From the NCBI GenBank assembly GCA_037386545.1, contig JARRLY010000011.1, forward strand, positions 998-64,997: 64,000 nt of DNA, read 5' to 3'. The notes below the pieces were generated by a model, which saw only the letters and a list, made by a program, of their open reading frames with translations, had not been told where the DNA came from and did not search any database. Source of the stretch: Candidatus Bathyarchaeota archaeon (GTDB taxonomy: Archaea > Thermoproteota > Bathyarchaeia > Bathyarchaeales > Bathyarchaeaceae). The number at the start of each line of letters is the position of its first letter. The first letter of the stretch is position 1. The position numbers were made by a program, and so were the translations under genes. This document shows, one piece after another, positions 8,213 to 18,648 of this stretch.

Positions 8213-9430
8213 ATGACAACAACCCCCGACATCATAGTAGTTGGAGCAGGGCCCTGCGGTTCAGTTTCAGCATACACCGCCGCAAAACTAGGCACCAAAG
8301 TACTAGTCTGCGAAGAACACAACGAAGTTGGGAAACCAAACCACTGTGCAGGACATCTAAGCATTTCTAGTATACAAAAGCTCAATCTAAACTTTCCGTC
8401 AGACACCATAGAAAACAAAATCATGGGTGCAAAAATTTGTGCACCTTCAGGCAACCAGTTCGTTTTAAGATGCCAATCCCCTGTAACATATGTTCTTGAC
8501 CGAGAAAAATTTGACAAACACCTTGCCCAGCAAGCCATGAACGCAGGAACAGAATACAGATTAAACTCACGAGTAAAATCGCTGCTCTTGGATTCTGGTT
8601 ATGTCAAGGGGATTACTCTGAAAAATGGAGAAAAAATCAAATCCAAACTGGTCATTGATGCAGAGGGTTGTTCATCTTCGGTTTTGAAACAAACAGGACT
8701 AACTGGATTGAACCCTTCAAGTGTTGTTCGGGGAATTCAAGCAGAAGTTGACTCAGCAGAAAACTTAGAAACTGACATGGTTGAGCTGTACCTTGGAAAA
8801 AAGGTGGCTCCAGATTTTTTTGCATGGATAATTCCCAAAACAGATGGAACTGCAAAGGTGGGCTTGGCAACTTGTAAGGGCAATCCTCAAATGTACCTGG
8901 AAAAGTTTATGAAAAAACATCCCGTAGCGTCCAAGAAACTAAAAAACAGCACAATTACTCAGTTAGCTGTTCATCCTATCCCCTTGGCGGGTCCTATCCA
9001 AAAAACGTATTCTAACAGTTTTTTGGCTGTGGGTGATGCCGCATCCCAAGTAAAAGCCACAACAGGAGGAGGGGTAGTGTTTGGGGCAACATGTGCCAAA
9101 ATTGCCGGAGAAGTTGCTGCAGAAGCAGTTCGGTGTAACGAGTTTTCTGAAGGTTTCTTGTCTAGGTATGAAACCCAATGGAGACAAGCAGTTGATTTTG
9201 AGTTGAAGGTGATGCTTCAGTTGCGCAAAATGCTTAACAGCCTTTCAGACAAAAAAACTGACAACCTGATTGGTTTGTGTAACCGCCTAGGAGTTGACAA
9301 AGTTTTGGAAAAAGTTGGGGATGTGGATTTTCAGGGGCGGTCTTTGGTTCCGATGATGCGGTTTCCGGGCGCGTTAGCGGTGGTTGGGTTTTTTGTTTTT
9401 TCTTGGTTGACTTCACCTGAAAGGAAGTAG
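8213..9430 (+). CDS. Geranylgeranyl reductase family FAD-dependent oxidoreductase
   Basis: DIIVVGAGPCGSVSAYTAAKLG dinucleotide fold, CEEH, and a later VGDAASQVKATTGGG motif. The start was moved to the internal ATG (MTTTPD) directly before the Rossmann motif. Confidence 0.8.
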   Translation: MTTTPDIIVVGAGPCGSVSAYTAAKLGTKVLVCEEHNEVGKPNHCAGHLSISSIQKLNLNFPSDTIENKIMGAKICAPSGNQFVLRCQSPVTYVLDREKFDKHLAQQAMNAGTEYRLNSRVKSLLLDSGYVKGITLKNGEKIKSKLVIDAEGCSSSVLKQTGLTGLNPSSVVRGIQAEVDSAENLETDMVELYLGKKVAPDFFAWIIPKTDGTAKVGLATCKGNPQMYLEKFMKKHPVASKKLKNSTITQLAVHPIPLAGPIQKTYSNSFLAVGDAASQVKATTGGGVVFGATCAKIAGEVAAEAVRCNEFSEGFLSRYETQWRQAVDFELKVMLQLRKMLNSLSDKKTDNLIGLCNRLGVDKVLEKVGDVDFQGRSLVPMMRFPGALAVVGFFVFSWLTSPERK

Positions 9431-9490
9431 GGGATGGAAGTCTTTTAGAGGAAGAGAATAACACTGTAGTTACTGTTGAGGATATAAACG

Positions 9491-9877
9491 ATGACTGGAA
9501 GAACAACCGTTAATTCGTCGGCTTTCGAGTACAAACTGGTTATAGTGGTGCGAACTGACCTTAAAATGAGCAAAGGAAAAATTGCTGCTCAGGCGGGTCA
9601 TGCTGCGGTTTCTGCGTCTGAGTATGCCCGAAAAAACCGTCCAGAATGGTGGAATCCATGGATAAACGAAGGACAAAGAAAAATTGCGGTAAAGGCAAAA
9701 TCAGAAGAAGAAATACTAAACCTAGAGCGTCAAGCTCGTAACGCCAAGCTTCCAGTTGCGTTAATTGTGGATCGAGGTTTAACTGAAATCCCACCTAACA
9801 CTACCACGTGTTTGGGGATTGGTCCGGGTCCAGCCGGGAAGGTGGACGCTATAACCAGAAAATTGAGTTTGCTTTGA
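9491..9877 (+). CDS. pth2: Peptidyl-tRNA hydrolase, archaeal type (Pth2)
   Basis: KLVIVVRTDLKMSKGKIAAQAGHAAV ... IVDRGLTEIPPNTTTCLGIGPGP is the canonical Pth2 core. Confidence 0.9.
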   Translation: MTGRTTVNSSAFEYKLVIVVRTDLKMSKGKIAAQAGHAAVSASEYARKNRPEWWNPWINEGQRKIAVKAKSEEEILNLERQARNAKLPVALIVDRGLTEIPPNTTTCLGIGPGPAGKVDAITRKLSLL

Positions 9878-9886
9878 GGAAAAAAT

Positions 9887-11251
9887 TTGCAGGTTCCACA
9901 ACTAGAATATGACGTTGGCATGGAAGTTTACTCCACCAAATCAGAGGGGATTGGAGGCAAAATTAAGTACTTTATAGACGATTTTGTTGTTGAAGAACTA
10001 TTAACCGACGGCACCCTAGCTGAAGTGAACCCCCCAACTGAAGAAGAATCACCCAAGGGTGAAGGCCCAAATCTAATTTGTGTAATGGTTAAGCGCAAAT
10101 GGGACACGTTCTTGGCAGTTAAAGAAGTTGCAAAAAGAATGCACATCAGCCAAAAAAGAGTAAGGTTTGCCGGAATCAAAGACACCAACGCTTTAACTGC
10201 TCAGCATATTAGCATACAGAACGTAACGCCAGAGCATGTTTTGGGGCTGCGAATCAGAGGAATAACACTTTATCCGCGTTGGTATTCTAACGAAAAAATG
10301 TATTCTGAACTAATCAAAGGCAACAGATTTCACATCACAATACGAAGTATTGATTATCCAGTTTCAGTTATCGAAAAAAACACAAAAAAAGTTACCAAAC
10401 ATATACAAAAAATCCGAGGAGTTCCTAACTTTTTTGGGCACCAACGCTTTGGAACTACTCGTCCGAACACTCATCTGATTGGAAAATACTTAACACGAAA
10501 CGATCCAAAAAGAGCAGCCCTTGAGTTTTTGGCCTCTCCTAGCGTTAATGAGCACGCAGAGGCCCGACAAGCAAGACAACAGTTGCAAAATACTTTGAAC
10601 TTTGAAGAAGCCCAAGAAAATTTTCCACAGTTTTTACTTTATGAGCGCCTTATGCTAAGGTACTTGACAAAGCATCCTTCAGATTTTGTTGGGGCGTTTC
10701 GGGAGTTGCCTAGAAGGCTGCGTAAACTGTTTGTGCAAGCTTATCAGTCGTATCTGTTTAACAGGTTTTTGAGCGAGCGCATACGCCAAGGCATACCTTT
10801 GGATGAACCACAGATGGGAGATTACGCGATTTGGCTTGACAAAAATGGTTTACCAACCGACAAACACGAACAAGTCAACAAAATTAACATCAAATTAGTA
10901 GAACAGTTCATGAAACAACAAAAAATGGCCCTCGCTTTACCCTTGGTGGGTCCAAGTCAGCCTCCTTCAAAGGGAGTTCAAGGGGAGCTGGAACAAAAAG
11001 TTCTAGAAGCAGAAGATGTTTTTCGTGATTCATTCAAAATACATTTAATGCCTGAAGCAACAGCGGAAGGAAAAGTTCGGGCAGTTTTGAGTCCTGTCTG
11101 GAATTTGGTTCTAGAAGAACTAACAGAAGACGAACAAAACCAAGGAAAACATAGTTTAAAACTTGCTTTTAACTTGAATCGAGGCAGCTACGCAACCGTA
11201 GTTTTGCGAGAATTCATGAAACCCCCAAACGTTATATCAGCAGGTTACTAG
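9887..11251 (+). CDS. truD: tRNA pseudouridine synthase TruD/Pus7 family
   Basis: GIGGKIKYFIDDFVVEE, FAGIKDTNALTAQ (catalytic Asp context) and FFGHQRFG motifs. The start is uncertain (9887 or the ATG at 9920). Confidence 0.85.
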   Translation: MQVPQLEYDVGMEVYSTKSEGIGGKIKYFIDDFVVEELLTDGTLAEVNPPTEEESPKGEGPNLICVMVKRKWDTFLAVKEVAKRMHISQKRVRFAGIKDTNALTAQHISIQNVTPEHVLGLRIRGITLYPRWYSNEKMYSELIKGNRFHITIRSIDYPVSVIEKNTKKVTKHIQKIRGVPNFFGHQRFGTTRPNTHLIGKYLTRNDPKRAALEFLASPSVNEHAEARQARQQLQNTLNFEEAQENFPQFLLYERLMLRYLTKHPSDFVGAFRELPRRLRKLFVQAYQSYLFNRFLSERIRQGIPLDEPQMGDYAIWLDKNGLPTDKHEQVNKINIKLVEQFMKQQKMALALPLVGPSQPPSKGVQGELEQKVLEAEDVFRDSFKIHLMPEATAEGKVRAVLSPVWNLVLEELTEDEQNQGKHSLKLAFNLNRGSYATVVLREFMKPPNVISAGY

Positions 11252-11261
11252 TTGTAACGGT

Positions 11262-12599
11262 TTAGGGCGTTAGTCGCATTTGGTCTCGAGGGAACAGTAT
11301 CACTTCGCGAATGTTTTGCACTCCAGTTAACACCATAACGAACCGTGCTAGACCCAGTCCCCATCCTGCATGTGGGGGCATGCCGTAGTCGAAGTTTTTT
11401 AGGTGACTTTTGAAGGATTCCGTGCTCAGACCTTGCTCTTCTAAGCGTTTCATCAACAGTTCTTTGTCGTGGATTCGCGCACCACCAGAGGATAGCTCCA
11501 TCCAATGCCACATCAAATCAAATCCTTCACTAAGTTCGGGGTTATCGTCTTTAGGTTTAATGTAAAACGCTTTAGCTTTGGTTGGCCAATCAGTAATAAA
11601 GTAATAGTAAGGATGCAGCTCTCCAAGAACCCTGTAAGCAACTGTTGGGATATCTTCGCCCCAGTTGATGTGAACGTTGTTTTCTTCTAGTTCTTTTAAA
11701 ACTTCAGAATAAGTCAACCGTTTGAAAGGAACTTCAGGAACTTTAATTTCATGATCAAGCAGTTCAAGATCTCGTTTGCAGTTTTCTGCCACATACTTGG
11801 AAACATAATGAATTAGATTTTCCAGAACCTGCATGACGTCATCGGCGTTTGCGAAGGCTTTTTCCATGTCAACGGAGATGAATTCGCTGACGTGACGGCG
11901 AGTATGGGATTCTTCAGCTCGGAAAAACGGGCCAATTTCGAAGACTTGCTCAAAATCTAAACACAGTTGCTCTTTATAGAGCTGGGGACTTTGAGCTAAG
12001 AAAGCTTCTCGTTCAAAATAAGCTACCGGAAACAGTGCTGCGCCGCCTTCTGTGGCGGAAACAATGATTCTTGGGGTGAATATTTCCATGAAACCATTTT
12101 TTGAAAAGAATGCTCTGGAAGCTTGCAGTGTAGCGTGCTGAACTCTAAAGATTGCTTGATTTTCTTCTCGCCGTAAGTCTAAAACACGGGAATCTAAGCG
12201 AACGTCGATTTCAGCTTTTGTTCGTCCGGTAATATCTAAAGGCAATGGCTGCTGGGAAACGCTAAATATTCTTAGGTCAGTAGGAATGATTTCTGCTCCT
12301 CCAGGAGCATTTTTCATTTTTTTGACTTGTCCTTTCACGCCTATGCTGTATTGTTTTTGTAGGGAGCGCCCTTTTTCTACTATGTCGGCTGCGACTTTGT
12401 TTTTGTGTATTGTAATTTGCAGTTGTCCGGTTTTGTCTTGTATTATAACAAATCGTAAACCGCCTAGGTCGCGGATTTCATGAACCCATCCAAAAACTGT
12501 GACTTCTTGTCCGTCAACTTCAGGACCAACCTGTGATGCATAATGGGTTCTTCGCATGTCGCCCATTTTGTCTAGTTTCATCGAAGAATCAACACACAA
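11262..12599 (-). CDS. aspS: Aspartyl-tRNA synthetase, archaeal/eukaryotic type
   Basis: RRTHYASQV, an OB-fold segment GWVHEIRDLGGLRFVIIQDKTG, class II motifs FRAEESHTRRHVSEF and GMPPHAGWGLGLARFVM. Confidence 0.9.
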   Translation of the reverse strand: MCVDSSMKLDKMGDMRRTHYASQVGPEVDGQEVTVFGWVHEIRDLGGLRFVIIQDKTGQLQITIHKNKVAADIVEKGRSLQKQYSIGVKGQVKKMKNAPGGAEIIPTDLRIFSVSQQPLPLDITGRTKAEIDVRLDSRVLDLRREENQAIFRVQHATLQASRAFFSKNGFMEIFTPRIIVSATEGGAALFPVAYFEREAFLAQSPQLYKEQLCLDFEQVFEIGPFFRAEESHTRRHVSEFISVDMEKAFANADDVMQVLENLIHYVSKYVAENCKRDLELLDHEIKVPEVPFKRLTYSEVLKELEENNVHINWGEDIPTVAYRVLGELHPYYYFITDWPTKAKAFYIKPKDDNPELSEGFDLMWHWMELSSGGARIHDKELLMKRLEEQGLSTESFKSHLKNFDYGMPPHAGWGLGLARFVMVLTGVQNIREVILFPRDQMRLTP

Positions 12600-13106
12600 T
12601 TATTTTGCAAATTCGACGCGGATGGTCATTCCACGAAGTTTTTCTGCTAGTGCTTTGGCGGCTTTAACGTTTGGAATTCGTTTTCTTCGTCCTCTGTTTA
12701 GTATAACCCGGGTTTCGGTCGTTCCGTCGGGTAACCAAATCTTGTTTATTGTGAGAATACTCATGGGAACAAAAAGGTCTTCTAAGAATTTTCGTTCAGG
12801 AACTCCATATTCTAATACTCGAATAGTTTTTCCAGTTTTTTCGCCGATGGCTTTTACTACTTTTCCTCCATGACTTAACAGACGAGGAACGTCGCCTTTG
12901 TCTACCAGAATTGCGAGAATTCTGTCGGCTTCTACAGCTTTGTGAAAACGTATTTCCTGAATTGTGGGGTATTGTTCTTCCAAAGACAACAATAAACGGG
13001 CTACAGTAAAATCTACATCAGTAACGTCGCCTGACTTGAGTTTGTCTTGACACTTTGAGCATAGTATTCCGCTTTTCAAGCAGAAATTGCATAGTTCCGT
13101 TTTCAT
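12600..13106 (-). CDS. Zn-ribbon plus KH-domain RNA-binding protein (NusA-like paralog)
   Basis: CNFCLKSGILCSKCQ followed by GGKVVKAIGEKTGKTIRV (GxxG KH loop). The start is set at the internal Met (MKTELCNFC). Confidence 0.6.
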   Translation of the reverse strand: MKTELCNFCLKSGILCSKCQDKLKSGDVTDVDFTVARLLLSLEEQYPTIQEIRFHKAVEADRILAILVDKGDVPRLLSHGGKVVKAIGEKTGKTIRVLEYGVPERKFLEDLFVPMSILTINKIWLPDGTTETRVILNRGRRKRIPNVKAAKALAEKLRGMTIRVEFAK

Positions 13107-13169
13107 GTCGTCTTTTTGCCTCCACGAGATAAGGAGTTGTAGCGGCGGCACCTTTTAAACTTGCGTTTT

Positions 13170-13454
13170 TTATTTTGCTAATACTATTTCGATAGTGCTA
13201 ACATTTGAGGAGGCACTACCTTCTTGAGCATAAGTCAACAATTCGGTACCGATTCCAATTTTTTGGATGTTAAGGTCGGGCATGAACCGACGCTTGGTTA
13301 TCTCAGCAACGTCAACGGCTCTGCTGATTGCTTTGCCCCTTGCCTTTATGGAAACTTGAGTTGCTCCCGCATGAAAAAGGGACAAACAAGCCAAAACGTA
13401 GCTCATTACTGGTTTACGACCAATCAACACAGAATTGTCGTCCACCAGTTTCAC
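13170..13454 (-). CDS. albA: Chromatin/RNA-binding protein Alba
   Basis: [14 protein letters not shown]...[19 protein letters not shown] in a 94-aa protein is the Alba fold signature. Confidence 0.9.
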   Translation of the reverse strand: MKLVDDNSVLIGRKPVMSYVLACLSLFHAGATQVSIKARGKAISRAVDVAEITKRRFMPDLNIQKIGIGTELLTYAQEGSASSNVSTIEIVLAK

Positions 13455-13713
13455 CGCTTCGCTCCTTTGTTTTGATGTTCATTTGAACTTTCTATGCTCT
13501 TTTCTAGCAAAATAAATACATTGTGGTATTAAGTCAGCAAGCGTACAAACAAGGTTTCATGAAACTTTTCCTCAAGAGGCATAGTAAAAATAAAAATTAT
13601 TCAAACAACAAAACAAGAAACAACACCAAGACAAAGGAAAACATATTTAGGTCAGGGCTGATTTGATTCGTAACTACAAGCTTACGCTAACGGAGAATAC
13701 AAAATTGCCCATA

Positions 13714-13866
13714 ATGGATCCTTTCAAAAAAACACTCGCCCAAAAACACAGACTCTACATGAAAATTTGTCGAGAATGTGGAGTAAGAAACTCTTCCGCT
13801 GCAGTCAAATGCAGAAAATGCAGAAGCAAAAACCTGCGATGGAAGAAACGAGAAGTCATACGCTAA
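13714..13866 (+). CDS. rpl40e: Ribosomal protein L40e
   Basis: A 50-aa protein with CRECGVRNSSAAVKCRKCRSKNLRWKKRE (C4 zinc ribbon). The start is set at MDPFKK. Confidence 0.85.
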   Translation: MDPFKKTLAQKHRLYMKICRECGVRNSSAAVKCRKCRSKNLRWKKREVIR

Positions 13867-14173
13867 AACCAGTGCATACAAAACGGCTTAACCGCCGTTT
13901 AAAACGCACAACCCCACTTTTACAATATTCAATTAGTTTTCTAAATTTTGCAGGTCCATAGTTCGTTTAAGTTGTTTTCAAAGCCAAATCTAACAAAAAT
14001 CACACTTCTGTGTGGCATATTAGTACATCAGTTCTATATTGAAAATGGCCTTTTTCTGGAAATCCAAAAGATAACAAGTTTTGATTCTTAAAATCTAAAA
14101 AACAAGGAGTTGGGAAGCGACGCAAACACGTTAGTGTTTGGGTGACGTTTCCGTTGGTGCTTTGATTTGATGT

Positions 14174-15469
14174 TTATTCGTATCGCAGGGCATCTACAGG
14201 TTTGAGTTTGGATGCTCGCCATGCAGGGTAAATTGCAAAGATTACGCTGACCGCGATGCCAAACCCGAAAGCTCCAAGGAGTACTGTTGGAGTTAAAACG
14301 GGTGTTATGACAAAACCTGTTGATGCTGCGGCTTGTCCAGTTGCTGCGGTGACGCCTCCTCCAGTGAATATTTGTGCAGCCGCGAGTGCTAATGCCCAGC
14401 CTAAGCCGATTCCAAACACTGCGCCCAACAATCCGATGATGACAGCTTCACTTAAAAAGATGGCCAAAACGGTTCGGCTTTTCATTCCTAAGGCTTTTAG
14501 TAGCCCAATTTCTCGAGTGCGCTCCATAAGGGAAACTATCATTATATTCATTATTCCAACTCCCGCAACCAATAGTGAAATTGCTGCAATTCCGGCCAAG
14601 AACAACTCTACAGTGGAGAATACGCTGGAAATTATGCTTAGTATTGCGGTGGGAGATGTAACTGAAACTTGGGCATCAAAAAGTTCATCGATGGCGTCGG
14701 AAACGGACTCGATTGTCTCGTCATCTTCACTGGTCAGTTGAACAATTATTCTGTCACATTCCTCAGTTCCAAATAGGCTTTGAGCGTCTTCAATAGGAAG
14801 ATAAACCGAATAATCTGAAGGGCCAGTTAGGCTTAAACCACCGATTTCTTCTAGAACTGCAGCAACAGTAACTTCTACCGTTTGGTTCACAGGAGGACGA
14901 ACAGTAGTATTAGTCCAAACAACCTCAACAATGTCACCCACACTGCAAATTAAAGTTCCGTTTTCCCATGGGTCACTTACGCTTTTTCCAACAACTGCAG
15001 TGTTAGATTCGGGGCCGGTCAGGATTTCTCCAGATTCTGCTACAAAGGTGCTACTGTAAATCTGGGAATAAGTAGCAAAATCCACACCCACCACGTAAGC
15101 GGTTACTGTTTGGTCTGTTGCTTTGATGTAACTGACTTTTTGAACAATTGCAGCAGAAGCAACAACACCATCAATGTCATTAATTAAATCAACATCAGAC
15201 ACAAACAAACTAAAATCTGAAGCAGAACCACCCGCAGCACCACCTATTCCACCAAAAACTCCTCCACTTGAAGGAGAAACTATCAAGGTGTCGGTCGCAA
15301 AACCAGACTGCAACTGATCCGTTATGGAAATCTGCAGACCCTGACTTATAGACAACAACGCAACAATCGCAGCAATCCCAATGACCACACCCAACGTAGT
15401 TAAACCCGCCCGCAACTTGCGCAAACGGATTGCACCAAAAGCATAACCAAAAATGTCGCCTGACTTCAT
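14174..15469 (-). CDS. ABC transporter permease, MacB/FtsX-like
   Basis: N-terminal TM, a large extracytoplasmic MacB-type domain, and C-terminal FtsX TMs containing ERTREIGLLKALGM. Confidence 0.85.
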   Translation of the reverse strand: MKSGDIFGYAFGAIRLRKLRAGLTTLGVVIGIAAIVALLSISQGLQISITDQLQSGFATDTLIVSPSSGGVFGGIGGAAGGSASDFSLFVSDVDLINDIDGVVASAAIVQKVSYIKATDQTVTAYVVGVDFATYSQIYSSTFVAESGEILTGPESNTAVVGKSVSDPWENGTLICSVGDIVEVVWTNTTVRPPVNQTVEVTVAAVLEEIGGLSLTGPSDYSVYLPIEDAQSLFGTEECDRIIVQLTSEDDETIESVSDAIDELFDAQVSVTSPTAILSIISSVFSTVELFLAGIAAISLLVAGVGIMNIMIVSLMERTREIGLLKALGMKSRTVLAIFLSEAVIIGLLGAVFGIGLGWALALAAAQIFTGGGVTAATGQAAASTGFVITPVLTPTVLLGAFGFGIAVSVIFAIYPAWRASKLKPVDALRYE

Positions 15470-16155
15470 TATTGTTTTACCTCCTTGAATACAGTGCCAT
15501 CAAGCATCCGTACTATTCTTTTTGCCCGACCCGCCAAATTCTGATCGTGGGTAATCATAACAATTGTTACCCCCTTTTTTTCGTTCAACTCTTGAACCAA
15601 ATCCATGATATCACTTGCAGTTTTGGAATCAATGTTTCCTGTGGGCTCGTCCATCAACAAAAAACTAGGATCATTCGCCAACGCCCGAGCAATTGCAACA
15701 CGTTGACGCTGACCCCCACTGAGCTCAGCAGGTTTATGTTTCATTCTGTCTGTGAGGCCAACTATTTCCAGAAGATTTTCAGCTCGTTTGCGTTTTTCAT
15801 TTTTACTTAATCCCGCAATCGACAAAGGTAATTCAACGTTTCCAAGGGCAGTTAGTCGGGGAATCAAATTAAAAAACTGAAATACAAAACCTACACGGTG
15901 CCGAATTTCAGCAAGTTTATTATCGTTCAAGGTAGAAATGTCCACTCCATCAATCAAAACTTTTCCTTCAGTTGGAGTGTCCAAGGCTCCAATCATATTC
16001 AGCAACGTGGATTTGCCGCTCCCTGAAGGTCCCAAAATTGCAATAAAATCTCCTTTTTCAACCTTCAGGTTCACTCCACATAAGGCATTCACGGGAACTT
16101 TCCCGAGGATGTAGGTTTTTCTTAAATTCACTGTTTCAACAATAGGCATAGCCAA
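15469..16155 (-). CDS. ABC transporter ATP-binding protein (MacB/LolD-like)
   Basis: Walker A GPSGSGKST, Q-loop, signature LSGGQRQRVAIARAL and Walker B LLMDEPT. It overlaps the permease start by 1 nt. Confidence 0.9.
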   Translation of the reverse strand: MAMPIVETVNLRKTYILGKVPVNALCGVNLKVEKGDFIAILGPSGSGKSTLLNMIGALDTPTEGKVLIDGVDISTLNDNKLAEIRHRVGFVFQFFNLIPRLTALGNVELPLSIAGLSKNEKRKRAENLLEIVGLTDRMKHKPAELSGGQRQRVAIARALANDPSFLLMDEPTGNIDSKTASDIMDLVQELNEKKGVTIVMITHDQNLAGRAKRIVRMLDGTVFKEVKQ

Positions 16156-16157
16156 AA

Positions 16158-16716
16158 CTAATCATCTCCTTTCAATTTTTTAGTTAAATTTTCGATCTTG
16201 CTTGAAACTTCACTCAAAACAGGTTCAGTTTCAGATAACTTTTCGTCACTCAAATCTTTCAACAAAACATCACGTAACTCAAACAAAGCATCAAATAACC
16301 TGACAATATGCTCTTGAAGACCCTGCAACCCACCAGCACAAAAACCTATCCGCAGGCAACTCCTGAGCGTAACCGTTCTTACGAAGCCAACGCAAAAGAG
16401 GATAAATTGAACCCGGACTAGGCCTCCACTGGCCATCAGTTTGCTTTTCAACTTCATCCATTATTTCCGAACCAGACATAGGTTTTTCTTTTAACAACTT
16501 AAACACAAAAACCCGCAAAAGACCCTTAGGAACACTTGCAGTATGCTTTAATAACCGAGCAAAAGGACGTGAAGAAAACTCGTCTTGAAATTTGCGTAGT
16601 TTTTCTTCTGACAGATAGAATTTGTCATCCACCTCAACAAAAACGCCAAACCGATTTGGAAAACGCTTCAAGAACTTTCTAAACTTTACAGAAACTCGCA
16701 GTTCATCTAAACTCAT
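16158..16716 (-). pseudogene. PadR-like winged-helix regulator with a frame break at an A5/T5 run
   Basis: MSGSEIMDEVEKQTDGQWRPSPGSIYPLLRWLRKNGY is a PadR recognition helix plus wing. The helical C-terminus (GLQGLQEHIVRLFDALFELRDV...) continues in another frame. Removing one T from AGGTTTTTG (plus 16340-16344) joins the two. Length is 3n+1. Confidence 0.55.
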
Positions 16717-16802
16717 TGCATTCTGGGGATTTGTAGCATTGTTTTTCCGAAATTTTTCGATTTCGGCTTCCAATAGTTTTTTGAGCTCAAAAGGAAAAAA
16801 CA

Positions 16803-16846
16803 AAATATCACATCTGATATCACAGATGATATCAAACGTGATATAA
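16803..16846 (-). promoter_or_regulatory. Array of four (T/A)GATATCA-like palindromes at 12-bp spacing overlapping a TATA-like box upstream of the PadR-like gene
   Basis: The plus strand reads aaatatca(16803) ... tgatatca(16815) ... tgatatca(16827) ... tgatata(16839). The minus strand reads TTTTTATATCAC as a TATA-like element. Confidence 0.4.
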
Positions 16847-17167
16847 AAAGGTTGCAACTAAAAAGGAAACTATTTCGGAAAAAGGTATAGTGAAAGAAAA
16901 AGTAGAAAAATCAAAAAAATGTTTTTAAGAGCTAGTCAATTAGTTGGGGTCTTGTTGCCAGAAATTAGATTTTGTATAAGGCCATTGATTTCTCCGTTTG
17001 CACAGTCGACAGTTTTTTTACGCCCCTCAACTTGTTTTTTAACGTACAAAAAAATGGAGCAAAAATAACAAAAATTTGTATAAAAATGACCGAAAGATTC
17101 AGATGTTCATTCCTCAAATTTATATATAACAATCAAAAAAAGGAACTGGGTTGGAGAAGGAAGCTTC

Positions 17168-17842
17168 GTGATTTCTGAGGTCTTGCCGTATGCAATTGCT
17201 GTAGGAGCGATTATAGTAGCCCTAGTAACAATTTACATAACGAGGATCAAAAAAGACGAGACCACAGAGGAAGTAAAAGAAGTTCTAGAAAAAGAAGAAA
17301 CATTGTTGCCCCTGAAAGGACAAAGAACCGTTACTCCTTTTGATGCTCAGAAATCCAAAAAAGAACTACGCCTATTAGACGTAGAAAGAGAAATTCTAAG
17401 TTTTGGCATCCGTCGCATCTACGAAGCCCATGCCGAAGGAAAAATTGACGAAAAAGAACGCGACAGACTAGCCCGCAATTACAAACAGCAGATGCGCGAA
17501 ATCAAAGATTCCATAACCGAAAAAGAGTCAGTAGTAGCCCTTCATGAGCTAGAGTCAATGCAAGAGGACCTGATCAAACTTTTCAACGACCGCTTTGACG
17601 AAATAAACCAAAAAATCGGTGGGTTAAGGACTAATCTGCACATAATTCCAAAGACTATCGAGCCTAAACCTGAACGTGGCTCCTCTAAGGCAAAAATTAT
17701 TGAAGGAGTGGATGAAGCCCCGAAAAAGAAGCGAGAGCCTTCAAAGCCACGAAAAACAGAGGCTGAAGAAAAGATTGATAAAATCCGTTCAGAAGTAGAA
17801 AAAGTCCTTGAGCGACTAGGTCAAATGGAAACTGAGGCGTAA
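17168..17842 (+). CDS. N-terminally anchored coiled-coil protein, hypothetical
   Basis: One TM (VLPYAIAVGAIIVALVTIYI) followed by a long charged heptad-rich region. No catalytic motif. Confidence 0.5.
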   Translation: MISEVLPYAIAVGAIIVALVTIYITRIKKDETTEEVKEVLEKEETLLPLKGQRTVTPFDAQKSKKELRLLDVEREILSFGIRRIYEAHAEGKIDEKERDRLARNYKQQMREIKDSITEKESVVALHELESMQEDLIKLFNDRFDEINQKIGGLRTNLHIIPKTIEPKPERGSSKAKIIEGVDEAPKKKREPSKPRKTEAEEKIDKIRSEVEKVLERLGQMETEA

Positions 17843-17844
17843 CA

Positions 17845-18531
17845 TTGAGCTGGAAAGAAGGCGCCAAAAAACGTGTAGGCATGGAAGCAGTTAAGCTTGT
17901 AAAAGATGGCATGACAGTTGGACTGGGAAGCGGGACTACTGCTGCCTATATGATTAAAGAAATTGGAAGATTAGTGTCCGAAAATGGTTTACATGTACTT
18001 GCGGTTCCCAGTTCCAGTCAGGCAATGTTGTTAGCCGCAAGTTCAGGAGTCCCAATAACCACATTGGATGAGCATCCTGTTCTTGATTTGGTCATCGACG
18101 GAGCCGACGAAATCGACAAAAACTTCGACATGATAAAGGGCGGCGGAGGAGCCTTATTGCGTGAAAAAATTGTTGTGTCTTCTGCGAAACAGGTTGTTAT
18201 CGTCGCTGATGAAACTAAACTTGTGGATAAGTTGGGAGCATTTAAGGTTCCAGTTGAAGTTTTGCCCTTTGGTTTGGCAAAAGCCCTTGTAGGAATTAAT
18301 GACATTGGTGGAACCCCCATCGTGCGCGAGGGACAACGAAAAATGGGTCCCGTTGTTACTGATAACGGCAATTACATTGTTGATGCTGATTTTGGCCTGA
18401 TAGATGATGCTAAAAAATTGGATAAACAGTTGAAGTTAATTCCAGGAGTTTTAGAAACTGGGCTATTTATTGGTTTAACAGACCTTGTGTACTTGGGTAC
18501 AAAAGACGGAATTACAAAATTGAAAAAATAA
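17845..18531 (+). CDS. rpiA: Ribose-5-phosphate isomerase A
   Basis: GLGSGTTAAYMI, DGADEID and KGGGGALLREKIV motifs. Confidence 0.9.
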   Translation: MSWKEGAKKRVGMEAVKLVKDGMTVGLGSGTTAAYMIKEIGRLVSENGLHVLAVPSSSQAMLLAASSGVPITTLDEHPVLDLVIDGADEIDKNFDMIKGGGGALLREKIVVSSAKQVVIVADETKLVDKLGAFKVPVEVLPFGLAKALVGINDIGGTPIVREGQRKMGPVVTDNGNYIVDADFGLIDDAKKLDKQLKLIPGVLETGLFIGLTDLVYLGTKDGITKLKK

Positions 18532-18648
18532 TTACACAAAAACTATCTAAAAATATAGAAAGAAAGTTGATTGTTGGTTTTACCAGCCCCATCTATGGCA
18601 TCCACCAAAGCCGCCGTAGCCGTATCTTCCATAGTAGCCTTGGTCTTC

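Noticed and set aside
8107-8538. 143-aa minus-strand ORF overlapping the 5' part of the geranylgeranyl reductase gene
   Set aside because: It is entirely antisense to a gene with a clear FAD-binding motif. It has no motif of its own and a Cys/Ser/Pro-rich shadow-ORF composition.
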